A program made the translations under genes and the position numbers. Under the pieces are notes generated by a model. The model saw only the letters and a list, made by a program, of their open reading frames with translations. It was not told the origin of the DNA and searched no databases. From an uncultured Thermoplasmatales archaeon (GTDB lineage: Archaea; Thermoplasmatota; E2; DHVEG-1): DNA of 32,034 nucleotides. Below, one piece after another: positions 9,239-19,072 of this stretch (within the stretch, counting starts at the first letter, position 1; the number at the start of each line of letters is the position of its first letter). The stretch covers positions 1-32,034 of the forward strand of contig CAZFAZ010000010.1 in assembly GCA_964517155.1 (NCBI GenBank), read 5' to 3'.

Positions 9239-10150
9239 TCATATTTTAAACAGATTTGTACTTAAATATCTATCACCGCGATCTGGAAATATTGTAACAA
9301 TCACGCCACTTTTTGCTTTTTTGGAAGTTTCAATTGCAGCAAGCATTGCAGCACCACTACTCATACCAGCAAAAATGCCTTCTTTTCTTGCAATAGTTCT
9401 TGTCATCTCAAAAGCCTTTTCTGATTCAACCATGATTTCAATATCAATCATGTCTGGATCGTAAATCGCAGGAACAATTGCTTCCTGCATATTTTTAAGC
9501 CCTTGTATATAATGGCCTTTTGTTGGATGTGCACATACAACCTTTAGATTAGGATTGTATTCTTTTAGGTATTTTCCGACACCCATAATTGTACCGGATG
9601 TTCCTATTGCTGAGACAAAATAATCGATTTTTCCGCTTGTTTGATCAAGTATCTCGCATGCTGTTGTCTCATAATGTGCCATTTTATTGTAATGATTTGT
9701 AAATTGATCTGTGCAAAAATATTTATCAGGATATTTTTTTCTTAGTTCTTTGACCTTAAGAATTGCCCCATCTGTTCCTTTCTCTGCAGGGGTTAAAATC
9801 ACGTTTCCGCCAAATGCTTTTATCATTTTTCTGCGTTCAACTGATACGGCTTCACTCATAACAATCTCAACATTGTATCCTTTTGAAACGCCAATCATTG
9901 CAAGAGAAATACCTGTGTTTCCAGATGTTGCCTCAATAATTGTTTTGCCTTTCACAAGTTCTCCTTCTGTTTCTGCTTGTTCAATCATTTTAAGTGCGAT
10001 TCTGTCTTTTATACTTCCGCCAGGATTGTTACCTTCAAGTTTTGCATAAATAATAGTGTTTGGATTAGGATTGAGTTTATTGATTTTAACTAGAGGTGTA
10101 TTTCCAATTAAATCAATTATGTTATTTCCAACGTTCTCTTTTCTCAGCAT
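9239..10150 (-). CDS. cysM: PLP-dependent cysteine synthase (CysM/CysK family)
   Basis: IGNTPLV, AKLEGNNPGGSIKDR (PLP lysine), EATSGNTG, GTSGT, GMSSG and PDRGDRYLS. The CysM versus CysK assignment is tentative. Confidence 0.85.
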   Translation of the reverse strand: MLRKENVGNNIIDLIGNTPLVKINKLNPNPNTIIYAKLEGNNPGGSIKDRIALKMIEQAETEGELVKGKTIIEATSGNTGISLAMIGVSKGYNVEIVMSEAVSVERRKMIKAFGGNVILTPAEKGTDGAILKVKELRKKYPDKYFCTDQFTNHYNKMAHYETTACEILDQTSGKIDYFVSAIGTSGTIMGVGKYLKEYNPNLKVVCAHPTKGHYIQGLKNMQEAIVPAIYDPDMIDIEIMVESEKAFEMTRTIARKEGIFAGMSSGAAMLAAIETSKKAKSGVIVTIFPDRGDRYLSTNLFKI

Positions 10151-10199
10151 ATTTTCAGCCCTGTCAAATTTTATTTGCTTAAAAAGCTAATGTATTATT

Positions 10200-10571
10200 T
10201 CAAAGATATTTGTTAATAATTTTTTTAATTTCGCCTACAGTTTTTAGTCCAGTTAACGTGGCCTTTTCTTTTCCATTTATAAAAAGCAGCAGGGTTGGTA
10301 TGCTCATTACGTTATATTCTTCTGCAAGAGCCTTATTTTTTTCTATGTTTACTTTTCCAAAAGCTACTTTTCCTTCAAATCTTTTTGAAAGTTGTCTTAT
10401 ACGTGGGCTCATGTTTTTACATGGTTGACACCAAGAAGCCCAGAAGTCAATTAAACATATATTGTAACTTTCTATAAAATTCTTAAATTTTTCTTTATCT
10501 AAAGTTTCAATATATTTGGGAAAATCATTTTTTTGCAATTTTTCTTTTGTTTTTTTAGCAAAAAACTTCAT
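10200..10571 (-). CDS. trxA: Thioredoxin
   Basis: DFWASWCQPC active site, KVN and VMSIPTL. Confidence 0.88.
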   Translation of the reverse strand: MKFFAKKTKEKLQKNDFPKYIETLDKEKFKNFIESYNICLIDFWASWCQPCKNMSPRIRQLSKRFEGKVAFGKVNIEKNKALAEEYNVMSIPTLLLFINGKEKATLTGLKTVGEIKKIINKYL

Positions 10572-10590
10572 TTTGTCACTAAAAGATTTT

Positions 10591-10932
10591 TTAATTTTTT
10601 ATTGGAATTAAACATATAAATTTTAAAGTATTTTTTCCTGTGTTTACAAACTGGTGCCATTCCATGGGTTTGACAAAGAAAAAATCGCCTTCTTTGAAAG
10701 ATTTTTTAACTTCTTTATTTCTTGCCTCACCTTCTCCTTCTAAAATAAAAACTTCATGTTCCCAGTCATGTTGATGAAGCGGCGTGTATCCGCCTGATTT
10801 AACTTCAAAAACACGCATAGCAAAGTTTTCTGCCCCATCTTTTTTTGATATAAGCCAGCGTACTTTTGTATCTTTGATTCCTTTTTCTTTTGGGGTTTCA
10901 AGTTCAATTTCTGTGTAATGCATATGTTTCAT
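10591..10932 (-). CDS. Cupin-2 domain protein
   Basis: FAMRVFE...TPLHQHDWEHEVFILEG...WHQFVN metal-binding cupin motifs. ATG 10932 follows AGGTG. Confidence 0.88.
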   Translation of the reverse strand: MKHMHYTEIELETPKEKGIKDTKVRWLISKKDGAENFAMRVFEVKSGGYTPLHQHDWEHEVFILEGEGEARNKEVKKSFKEGDFFFVKPMEWHQFVNTGKNTLKFICLIPIKN

Positions 10933-10941
10933 AAAAAACAC

Positions 10942-11802
10942 CTATAGTTTTTCTTCAATTCTTCTCCACATTTCAATTATTTTCTTTGATAAATCTGATT
11001 CTTTATCATATTCAATAATGTTTTTTTCATCAATTAAAGCCTTTGTAATAATTGTATCATATGGTATTTTTCCAACAACATCAATGTTTTTCTCTTTGCA
11101 GTATTTTTCTATTTTTTTTGTATTTTCAATGTTAATATCGTATTTATTTATGCATATCGTAGCAGGAATCTTAAAATGTTCTGCGACACCAATTATTCTT
11201 TCTAAATCACTTATCCCTGAAAGTGTCGGCTCTGTTATAATTAAAACTAAATCAACACCGGTTATCGCAGAGATTACAGGACATCCTATTCCTGGCGGGC
11301 CGTCAATTATTATCATATCTTTGTTTTTTTCTTTTGCAATTTTTTTTGCATTTTCACGAACAACGGTTACAAGTTTTCCTGAGGCTTCTTCTGCAGTTTT
11401 TAAAACGGCATGTGACATTGGTCCAAAACGTGTATCTGATATATATGAAAAGCCAGATTCTCTAGGAATCATTTCAATTGCATCAACAGGACATACATAC
11501 TGGCATACTCCGCATCCTTCGCAAGATGCTTTTTGAATAATCATTCTTTCAGTTATAGCATTAAATTTACAGTTTTCCACGCATCTTTTGCATTCAATGC
11601 ATTTTTTTGTATCGATTTTTGCAAGCTCTAGTCCATAAAAACTCATTGTTTTTTTTACTTCTGGTTTTAATATGAGGTAAAGATCTGCAGCATCAACGTC
11701 ACAATCAGCAAAAACAGCGTTTTTTGCAAGCGATGCAAATGTGCCTGTGATACTAGTTTTTCCAGTGCCGCCTTTGCCGCTTATCACTGTGAGCTCTTTC
11801 GT
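10942..11802 (-). CDS. MinD-superfamily P-loop ATPase with inserted ferredoxin (COG1149-type); apparent ACG start
   Basis: (T)KELTVISGKGGTGKT, DCDVDA, two CxxCxxCxxxC motifs, DGPPGIGCP and TEPT. GGAGGT lies 6 nt upstream of ACG at 11802. The next possible start is GTG at 11787. Confidence 0.85.
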   Translation of the reverse strand, partial: TKELTVISGKGGTGKTSITGTFASLAKNAVFADCDVDAADLYLILKPEVKKTMSFYGLELAKIDTKKCIECKRCVENCKFNAITERMIIQKASCEGCGVCQYVCPVDAIEMIPRESGFSYISDTRFGPMSHAVLKTAEEASGKLVTVVRENAKKIAKEKNKDMIIIDGPPGIGCPVISAITGVDLVLIITEPTLSGISDLERIIGVAEHFKIPATICINKYDINIENTKKIEKYCKEKNIDVVGKIPYDTIITKALIDEKNIIEYDKESDLSKKIIEMWRRIEEKL

Positions 11803-12635
11803 TTTTCTACCTCCTCTGAAATTTCTTTAAATATTTTTTTAAATTCATTTTTCCAGGTGGGGATGCTTTTGATAAAAGGTATTCCTTTTGAGTACAACTC
11901 GGCTATCTGAGCGCTTTGAGGGATTTTTAATAAAATAGGAATTTTTTCATGTTTGCAGTATAATTCTACTTTGTTGTCGCCTACTCCATCGCGATTTATA
12001 ATAACACCAAATGGTATATCTAGTAGTCTTACTGTGTCAACTGCAATTTTTAAATCATTTAGCCCAAAAGGCGTGGGTTCTGTAACAAGAATGCAATAAT
12101 CTGAGCTTGTAACTGTTTCAACAAATGGACAAGCAGTTCCAGGGGGTGCGTCTAGAATTACATTTTTATTTACATCAATTTTTTTCTTAAGAGCCTTCAT
12201 CACAGGTATTGCTTGTGCCTCGCCTATATTTAATAAACCTTGGTAAAAATCAATATTTTCTTTCTTCCCATGCTCTATTTTTCCGATAGATCTAAAACTG
12301 TATTTTACAGCTTTTACAGGGCAGATTAGAGCACAGCCGCCGCATGAATGACATAGCTCTGGAAAAACAAGCACATCTTTTTTTAATACAGCAAGTGCAT
12401 TGTATCTGCAAAACTCTGAGCATTTGCCACAAAAAGTACATTTTTCCTTATCGATTTCAGGGATTAGTACATTAACATTTTCTTCTTCAAAAATCTTTGT
12501 TTTTAAAAAAATATTTGAATCAGGTTCTTCTACATCAAAATCAAAAAACTGAACATTTCCTATACTTCTCGCAAGGTTTGTAGAAACTGTGGTTTTACCA
12601 GTGCCTCCTTTTCCACTTGCAACAGAAATTATCAA
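11784..12635 (-). CDS. MinD-superfamily P-loop ATPase with inserted ferredoxin (COG1149-type)
   Basis: VASGKGGTGKTT, DVEEP, CTFCGKCSEFC, CHSCGGCALICP, DAPPGTACP and TEPTPFG. Confidence 0.9.
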   Translation of the reverse strand: MIISVASGKGGTGKTTVSTNLARSIGNVQFFDFDVEEPDSNIFLKTKIFEEENVNVLIPEIDKEKCTFCGKCSEFCRYNALAVLKKDVLVFPELCHSCGGCALICPVKAVKYSFRSIGKIEHGKKENIDFYQGLLNIGEAQAIPVMKALKKKIDVNKNVILDAPPGTACPFVETVTSSDYCILVTEPTPFGLNDLKIAVDTVRLLDIPFGVIINRDGVGDNKVELYCKHEKIPILLKIPQSAQIAELYSKGIPFIKSIPTWKNEFKKIFKEISEEVEKRKSSQ

Positions 12636-12650
12636 TAGTTTTACACCTTT

Positions 12651-13055
12651 TTAGTGGTAGTGATGACCTTGTTCATGGTCATGTTCGTGTTCTCCACGAA
12701 ACGCATGTTGTCCGCATGCATCTGATTCAGATGCCTTTGTAAGCTGTCCTTTTTTGTATGCATCTATTGCATCTTTTACGGTACCACTTGCACCAATGTA
12801 TACATCTATTCCAAAATCATTAAACATGATTATTGCTCGTCTTCCAAGACCTTGACATATCATTACGTTTACGCCATATTCTGCTAAAACTTCTGGAGGG
12901 TTTTTTATTCCACCCATATGATTGCTTGTATTTGGTATTACTTTTACATCATTTTTTTCTAAATCAACTATTGTATAGGTTGACACGCGTCCAAAATGCT
13001 CGCCAACATAATCGTTTAGTCCTTTGTCGCTATTTGTAGGGATACATACTTTCAT
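12651..13055 (-). CDS. NifB/NifX-family (FeMo-cofactor-binding fold) protein with His-rich tail
   Basis: HFGR...YTIVD and GLGRRA, with C-terminal CGQH...EHEHDHEQGHHYH. Confidence 0.85.
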   Translation of the reverse strand: MKVCIPTNSDKGLNDYVGEHFGRVSTYTIVDLEKNDVKVIPNTSNHMGGIKNPPEVLAEYGVNVMICQGLGRRAIIMFNDFGIDVYIGASGTVKDAIDAYKKGQLTKASESDACGQHAFRGEHEHDHEQGHHYH

Positions 13056-13060
13056 TTTTT

Positions 13061-13426
13061 TCACCTTATTCCACTATGGCTATTTACATTTGATGAGTTG
13101 GTTTCACTAAGTTCATTGTTTTTGTATTTATTGACAGCATCTTTTATAGTACCTGTTACTCCTGTAAAAACTTTTATACCTGCAGCTTTAAGAGTACTAT
13201 GTGAATTTGGTCCTATGTTTCCAGTGAGTACTATTTCTACGTCTTGATTAGCAATTGTTTCAGCAGCTTTAATACCTGCTCCTCCAGATGCCATAACACT
13301 TTTGTTAGATACTACTTTGAATTTCATGCTTTCTGAATCTACAATTATAAAGTATTTGCATCTTCCAAAACGCATGTCGATATTAGAATCTAAATTGTCC
13401 CCTGTTGATGTTACTGCGATTTTCAT
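13061..13426 (-). CDS. NifB/NifX-family protein (Orange protein-like)
   Basis: MKIAVTS...RFGRCKYFIIVD...GAGIKAA...LTGNIGP. Confidence 0.88.
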   Translation of the reverse strand: MKIAVTSTGDNLDSNIDMRFGRCKYFIIVDSESMKFKVVSNKSVMASGGAGIKAAETIANQDVEIVLTGNIGPNSHSTLKAAGIKVFTGVTGTIKDAVNKYKNNELSETNSSNVNSHSGIR

Positions 13427-13482
13427 AATATTTCTCCCTTATTTTATGTTAATATTAAGTGGTGTTAATAATTGTTTGTATT

Positions 13483-13668
13483 TCATACACGGCTCATTGG
13501 TGCACCACATTTAGGACATTTCATGGTATAACATGGTGTAGCTGGGTGGTGCGGCTCTCTGTGCCCACAGTTTGGGCATATGCAGTCTCCACCTGGGCCC
13601 ATGCCAAAACCTTTTCTGTTTTGTCCACTCCCGCCTCCAACTGGGCCTGTTCCATCGCCTCCTGGCAT
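13483..13668 (-). CDS. Small DUF5320-like protein with double CxxC metal-binding module
   Basis: MPGGDGTGP start followed by CICPNCG...PC...KCPKCG. A GGAGGTG ribosome-binding site lies upstream. Confidence 0.75.
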   Translation of the reverse strand: MPGGDGTGPVGGGSGQNRKGFGMGPGGDCICPNCGHREPHHPATPCYTMKCPKCGAPMSRV

Positions 13669-13670
13669 AT

Positions 13671-14489
13671 TTATTTTTCACCTCCAATTATTTTTTCAAC
13701 ATTTTCTACAAATTTTTTATAGCTATCTATTGTGTTTTTATCTTTTATACTTGTTTTTTGCTTATTGTCACCTATTTCTACAATTTCTGGGTTGAGTGGT
13801 ATTGAGCCAAGATATGGTATTTTGAAGTCTTCTGCTGCTTTTTTACCCCCGCCTGTTTTGAAAATATTTACTTTTTCGCCGCAGTGTGGGCAAGTAAATC
13901 CACTCATATTTTCAACTATGCCAATAATTTTTAGATTCATTTTTTTGACAAAATTGATTGATTTACGTACGCTTACAAGTGCGACATCTTGAGGGGTTGT
14001 GACAATTATTACTCCTGTAATATCTGGTATTAATTGTGCGATGCTTAGTGGTTCATCTCCTGTTCCTGGTGGCAAATCAATAATGAGGTAATCTAGATCT
14101 TCCCAAACAACACCTCCCAGCAATTGTCTGAGGGCACCCATTTTCATAGGGCCTCGCCATATAACAGGGGCGTCTTTGTCTGGGATAAGATATGCCATTG
14201 ACATTACTTTTAACCCGTCTTTTGTTTTTACAGGAAGTATTCCATTGTTGCTCCCCATTGCTCTTTCTTCTTCAACTCCAAGTATTTTTGGAATGCTTGG
14301 TCCATGTATGTCTGAGTCTAGTATTCCTACTTTTTTTCCTTTTTCTGAGAGTAGTTGTGCTAAGTTTGCAGAAATCGTACTTTTTCCAACTCCGCCCTTA
14401 CCGCTTAGTACTACGATTTTGTTTTTTACATTTTTAAGGTTTTCTTTAACATCGAATTCTTTTTCTTGTGTTTGATTCATATTTATCAT
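13671..14489 (-). CDS. mrp: Mrp/NBP35 (ApbC) Fe-S cluster carrier ATPase
   Basis: SGKGGVGKST, DSDIHGPSIP, VIWRGP, DLPPGTGD, VTTPQ and ENMSGFTCPHCG. Confidence 0.93.
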   Translation of the reverse strand: MINMNQTQEKEFDVKENLKNVKNKIVVLSGKGGVGKSTISANLAQLLSEKGKKVGILDSDIHGPSIPKILGVEEERAMGSNNGILPVKTKDGLKVMSMAYLIPDKDAPVIWRGPMKMGALRQLLGGVVWEDLDYLIIDLPPGTGDEPLSIAQLIPDITGVIIVTTPQDVALVSVRKSINFVKKMNLKIIGIVENMSGFTCPHCGEKVNIFKTGGGKKAAEDFKIPYLGSIPLNPEIVEIGDNKQKTSIKDKNTIDSYKKFVENVEKIIGGEK

Positions 14490-14543
14490 CCATTTTACAT
14501 TAGATTAAGCTCTACGACTAATAAATAAAAGAAATAAAATTGT

Positions 14544-14873
14544 TTAGTTTTCTTTTTTTAGTTCTTCCAGTCTTTTTTTCATTTCTTTTAGGTCTGCTTC
14601 TATTGATTTTATGCTTTCTTCTAGATAGTGCTTTTCTTCGTCTTTTGTTGGTTTCGGGTATTCTGGTCTGTATATTGGTGCTGGTTCATAGTATGGCTCA
14701 GGATAGTAAGCTCTGCGCCAAAATCCTCTGCCGCGTCCACCGCCTCGGCCGTATCCTCTTCCTCGAGGCATACCTTTTGTAAAACCGGGGCTGTTGTATC
14801 CTTTACAGTATCCAAAAGCTCGACCTGTCATAGGTCCTCTTCCTTCAGGGCCTGTTCTGTCTCCACCTGGCAT
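14544..14873 (-). CDS. DUF5320-family protein
   Basis: MPGGDRTGPEGRGPMTGRAFGYC start, Gly/Arg-rich middle and C-terminal coiled coil. Confidence 0.85.
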   Translation of the reverse strand: MPGGDRTGPEGRGPMTGRAFGYCKGYNSPGFTKGMPRGRGYGRGGGRGRGFWRRAYYPEPYYEPAPIYRPEYPKPTKDEEKHYLEESIKSIEADLKEMKKRLEELKKEN

Positions 14874-15207
14874 CTTCTTTATTCACCTCCTTTTCATTTC
14901 TTTGGATGTGTTCATTTCCTTGGATGCTGATTTGGTAGCCATTTACAAGAGCGTTTATTACTTTTTTTCTAGCTTTTTGAAGGTCGTTCCATAGTGTTTT
15001 TCTGGAAACACCCATCATCGCTGCTGCTTCTTCCTGGGTGAGGTCTTCTAGATCTACTAGTCTTAATGCTTCTAGCTCGTATATTTTTAAGATTATTGTG
15101 TTTTGAGGCTGCTGGTATCCATCTGGTGTAAAGTCTTTTGTGTCATGTGGGTGATTTACCCAACGCATACCTCGGCAGCGACCTCGTCTTCGTCCGTATC
15201 CTGACAT
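14845..15207 (-). CDS. DUF134 (UPF0251) predicted HTH DNA-binding protein
   Basis: ELEALRLVDLEDLTQEEAAAMMGVSRKT...ARKKV..ALVNG. Confidence 0.88.
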   Translation of the reverse strand: MSGYGRRRGRCRGMRWVNHPHDTKDFTPDGYQQPQNTIILKIYELEALRLVDLEDLTQEEAAAMMGVSRKTLWNDLQKARKKVINALVNGYQISIQGNEHIQRNEKEVNKEDARWRQNRP

Positions 15208-15230
15208 GTTTTAACATCCTATACTAATTA

Positions 15231-15254
15231 CTCATATGAGAACTAATATATAAA
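15231..15254 (-). promoter_or_regulatory. Putative TATA box and palindromic operator for the ORP-like operon
   Basis: TTTATATA on the minus strand (15254-15247) is followed 6 nt downstream by the perfect palindrome CTCATATGAG (15231-15240), upstream of the DUF134 start. Confidence 0.45.
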
Positions 15255-15329
15255 TATTTCTACAATTTGAACTTGTTTTTATAGTTTTCGGAGTAATCTT
15301 ATCACCACCTTTTTTATTACAGCTAAAGT

Positions 15330-16094
15330 ATGAAACTTATATCATGGAATGTAAACGGAATACGTGCAGCAGACAAAAAAGGACTTTTTACTTTTTTACA
15401 AAAAGAAAAACCAGATATATTATGTTTACAAGAAATCAAAGCATTATCTGAACAATTTCCACCGCATCTTAAAAACACTCCAGGATACAATGTTTTTATC
15501 AACTCAGCAGAGCGTCCAGGTTACAGCGGTGTTGCAACGTATACAAAACAAAAACCAAAATCTGTGAAAAAAGGTTTTGGAATAGAAAAATTTGACAGTG
15601 AAGGAAGAACAATAATTACAGAATACAAAGATTTTGTTTTATTCAACATTTATTATCCAAACGGCAAAAAAAACCAGGAAAGATTAGATTATAAACTAGA
15701 TTTTTATGATACTTTCTTAGCATACGCCGATAATCTAAAGTCCCAAGGAAAAAACATAGTTGTATGCGGAGATTTTAACACAGCACATAAAGAAATAGAT
15801 TTGGAGCATCCAAAACAAAACGAAAATATATCTGGATTCTTACCAATTGAACGTGCATGGATTGACACGTTTATTGACCATGGTTATGTAGATACATTTA
15901 GACATTTCAATAAAGAATCTAAACAATATACTTGGTGGAGTATGAGAACGGCAGCACGCGAAAGAAATGTTGGTTGGAGACTTGATTATTTCTTTGTAAA
16001 CAAAGAATTTATGAAAAACGTAAAAAACGCTTTTATCATGCAGGATATTCAAGGTTCAGATCACTGTCCCGTTGGAATCGAACTTGAGGTATGA
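15330..16094 (+). CDS. xth: Exodeoxyribonuclease III (AP endonuclease)
   Basis: [33 protein letters not shown] and GSDHCP. Confidence 0.95.
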   Translation: MKLISWNVNGIRAADKKGLFTFLQKEKPDILCLQEIKALSEQFPPHLKNTPGYNVFINSAERPGYSGVATYTKQKPKSVKKGFGIEKFDSEGRTIITEYKDFVLFNIYYPNGKKNQERLDYKLDFYDTFLAYADNLKSQGKNIVVCGDFNTAHKEIDLEHPKQNENISGFLPIERAWIDTFIDHGYVDTFRHFNKESKQYTWWSMRTAARERNVGWRLDYFFVNKEFMKNVKNAFIMQDIQGSDHCPVGIELEV

Positions 16095-17605
16095 AAATGA
16101 AAGAATCACTTGATTTTATCTACAAACAACAAAAGGAGTTATCAGTCATCAGTGGAATTGGTGCACTTATTGGTTGGGATCAAATGACTTATATGCCAAA
16201 GATGGGTGCAGAAGAAAAATCCGAGCAATCTGCTTTTATTTCAAGATTATCTCATGAAAAAGTGATCTCTGATGAATTCTGGTCTCATATCGAAAAATTA
16301 AACAAAGAATCTGTTTATGAAAATCTCTCTGAAAGAGATAAACATGTTGTAAAAAGATTATATATTGACGTAGAAAAATCTAGAAGAGTTCCTTCAGATT
16401 TTGTGGAAAAAATTTCAAAAGCAACAACACTTGGATATCAATCATGGGAACAAGCAAGAGCGAAAAATGATTTTAAAATATTTGAGCCGCAGCTTAAAAA
16501 AATAATAGATTTAGAAAAAGAATACTGTGATTTTTTTGAAATACCGGGGCCTAAATACAACACACTTTTAGACGACTATGAGGAAGGGATGACTGTAGAT
16601 ATTCTCAAAAAAGAGTTTAGTTTTCTTAAATCTGAAATTGTAACAATTCTTGATAAGATTAAAAATACAAGTCTATATAAAAATCAGAAAGAGTTCGATA
16701 AAGATATAACTGTCGAAGAACAAAAAAAGTTATGTAAAATTGTTATTGACAAAATGCATCTTTCTTCAGAGAGAACCCGTCTTGATGAATCAACTCATCC
16801 ATTTACAACGAGCATGGGAAATGATGATGTGAGAATCACTACAAGTTTTAATCGGAAGGGTCCATTTTTCTCATTTTTTTCAACTATTCATGAAGCAGGA
16901 CATGCATTGTATGAGCTTGGTATGCCTCAGGGTGATTACAAAGATACAGTTATTTCTGATTCACCTTCTCTTGGCCTGCATGAATCTCAATCTCGGTTTT
17001 GGGAGAACATGATTGCTCGAAGCAGAGAGTTTTGGGAGTATTTTTATCCAGAGTTTAAAAAAGTAAATTTAGATGCAGTTAAAGATATTGATTTTAACAC
17101 TTGGTATAGAATGGTAAATCTTGTAAAACCCTCTTTTATCCGTGTCGAGGCAGATGAGCTTACCTACTGTTTGCATGTAATACTTCGTTTTGAAATAGAA
17201 ACAGATATGATAGAAAATAAAATCGATGTTAAGGATTTACCATCTGTCTGGAATGAAAAAATGGATGAAATGTTTGGGATAAAACCTTCTAATGATGTAG
17301 AAGGTGTGCTTCAGGATATGCATTGGAGCGGTGGAAGTATCGGGTATTTTCCGACTTATGCAATTGGAACTATATATTCTGCACAAATTTTTAGAAAAAT
17401 GTTACAGGATAATAAAAATTTGTTATCTGAAATTAGAAATGCAGAATTTGAAAATATAATTGGTTGGCTTAGAAAAAATATTCATGAATATGGCCGTCTG
17501 ATGGATGCTGATGGTATAATTAAAAAAGCATGTGGAGAAGGTCTTAACTCGAAAATATTTGTTGATTATTTGAAAGATAAATATTTTGAGATTTATCAGA
17601 TATAA
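16091..17605 (+). CDS. Thermostable carboxypeptidase, peptidase family M32
   Basis: [40 protein letters not shown] and GYFPTY. Confidence 0.95.
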   Translation: MKMKESLDFIYKQQKELSVISGIGALIGWDQMTYMPKMGAEEKSEQSAFISRLSHEKVISDEFWSHIEKLNKESVYENLSERDKHVVKRLYIDVEKSRRVPSDFVEKISKATTLGYQSWEQARAKNDFKIFEPQLKKIIDLEKEYCDFFEIPGPKYNTLLDDYEEGMTVDILKKEFSFLKSEIVTILDKIKNTSLYKNQKEFDKDITVEEQKKLCKIVIDKMHLSSERTRLDESTHPFTTSMGNDDVRITTSFNRKGPFFSFFSTIHEAGHALYELGMPQGDYKDTVISDSPSLGLHESQSRFWENMIARSREFWEYFYPEFKKVNLDAVKDIDFNTWYRMVNLVKPSFIRVEADELTYCLHVILRFEIETDMIENKIDVKDLPSVWNEKMDEMFGIKPSNDVEGVLQDMHWSGGSIGYFPTYAIGTIYSAQIFRKMLQDNKNLLSEIRNAEFENIIGWLRKNIHEYGRLMDADGIIKKACGEGLNSKIFVDYLKDKYFEIYQI

Positions 17606-17680
17606 TATTTAATCCACTTAATCTTCTAATTATTATTTTATACCAATAACTATTTAAGTTTAAATACAATTATCATAATT

Positions 17681-19072
17681 ATGTTTAAACAATTTGTTGA
17701 TAGAAAAAAAGAACTGCAGTGGTTCGAAAAAAACTATCAGAAAAAAGAAGACAGTTTTTTGGTTCTTTATGGTAGAAGAAGAGTAGGAAAAACAGAACTA
17801 ATCAAACAATTTATAAAAGACAAACCGCACATCTATTTTTTAGCCGGAACAAAAACAGACAAAGAAAATATTTCAGATTTGCAAAAGATAATGGCAGATT
17901 TTTTAAAAGACGATCTTTTCCAAAAAATAAAATTTGATGGATGGGAAGAACTTTTCAAAGGATTTATTAAAAAAATACAAAAACGAATAATTATAGCAAT
18001 TGATGAATTTCCATTTTTAATAGAAGGAAACAAAGCAATTCCATCAATATTTCAGAAGATATATGATGAGATATTAAACGATAAAATAATGTTAATATTA
18101 TGCGGATCATCAATTGCAATGATGGAGCGCCATTTACTTGGCCATAAAAGCCCGCTTTACGGACGTAGAACAGGTCAATGGAAACTTGAACCTTTTAAAT
18201 TTAAAGATTTGAAACTTGTTTCTAAAGAATCGTCATTTGAAGACAGAGTTAAATATTTTTCATTTTTGGATGGAATCCCTCAATATCTAAATAAGATGGA
18301 TTTTAACGATTCTTTAACTTCTAATTTGAAAAATAAGATTTTTCAAAAAGGAGAGTACCTATATGAAGAAGCAGAAAATTTACTGAGACAAGAATTCAGA
18401 GAGCCTCGTAATTATTTTTCTATAATTCAAGCAATATCAGAAGGTTACAATAAATATGGTGAAATTGTAAATAGGACAGAGTTAAACAAATCAATAACAT
18501 CTCAATATTTAAGCAATTTAATCGAACTACATATAATCAAAAAAGAGTTTCCAGTTACCCAAAAAAAAGAAAGCAGAAACGCCCGTTATTATTTATCTGA
18601 TAATTATTTTGATTTTTGGTTTGAATTTATTTATCCAAATAAAAGTTTAATCGAAGAAGATAGACAAGAGTTACTATTATCAATTATTTCAGAAAAGCTA
18701 GAAAAACATTCTGCTTTTGTTTTTGAACAAGTTTGCAGGCAACTCCTCTGTGAGATATATCCATATATTGGAAGGGTTGGCAAATGGTGGTATAAAGATA
18801 TCAAAATCGATATAGTAGGGATAAACGAAGGAAATAAAGATATTGTATTTGGAGAGTGTAAATGGACTGATAAAAAAGTAGATATAGATGTTTTAGAAAA
18901 CCTTAAAAGAAAATCAGTAGAAGTCAAATGGAAAAATAAAGTAAGAAAAGAAAATTTTATCATTTTTTCAAAATCAGGCTTTACAAAAAAGTTACAAGAA
19001 CTTTCTAAAAATCAGCATGATGTCAAACTTTATGATACAAAAAAATTAGATGAACTTGTGAAAAATTTTTAA
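17681..19072 (+). CDS. Archaeal AAA-type ATPase with C-terminal DUF234/PD-(D/E)xK domain
   Basis: FVDRKKEL, YGRRRVGKT, IDEFP, LCGSS, SPLYGRRT and IDIVG...GECKW. Confidence 0.9.
   Translation: MFKQFVDRKKELQWFEKNYQKKEDSFLVLYGRRRVGKTELIKQFIKDKPHIYFLAGTKTDKENISDLQKIMADFLKDDLFQKIKFDGWEELFKGFIKKIQKRIIIAIDEFPFLIEGNKAIPSIFQKIYDEILNDKIMLILCGSSIAMMERHLLGHKSPLYGRRTGQWKLEPFKFKDLKLVSKESSFEDRVKYFSFLDGIPQYLNKMDFNDSLTSNLKNKIFQKGEYLYEEAENLLRQEFREPRNYFSIIQAISEGYNKYGEIVNRTELNKSITSQYLSNLIELHIIKKEFPVTQKKESRNARYYLSDNYFDFWFEFIYPNKSLIEEDRQELLLSIISEKLEKHSAFVFEQVCRQLLCEIYPYIGRVGKWWYKDIKIDIVGINEGNKDIVFGECKWTDKKVDIDVLENLKRKSVEVKWKNKVRKENFIIFSKSGFTKKLQELSKNQHDVKLYDTKKLDELVKNF

Noticed and set aside
12651..13426. Nitrogen fixation genes
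   Set aside because: NifX-like domains occur widely in ORP-type clusters, and there is no nifH, nifD or nifK here.
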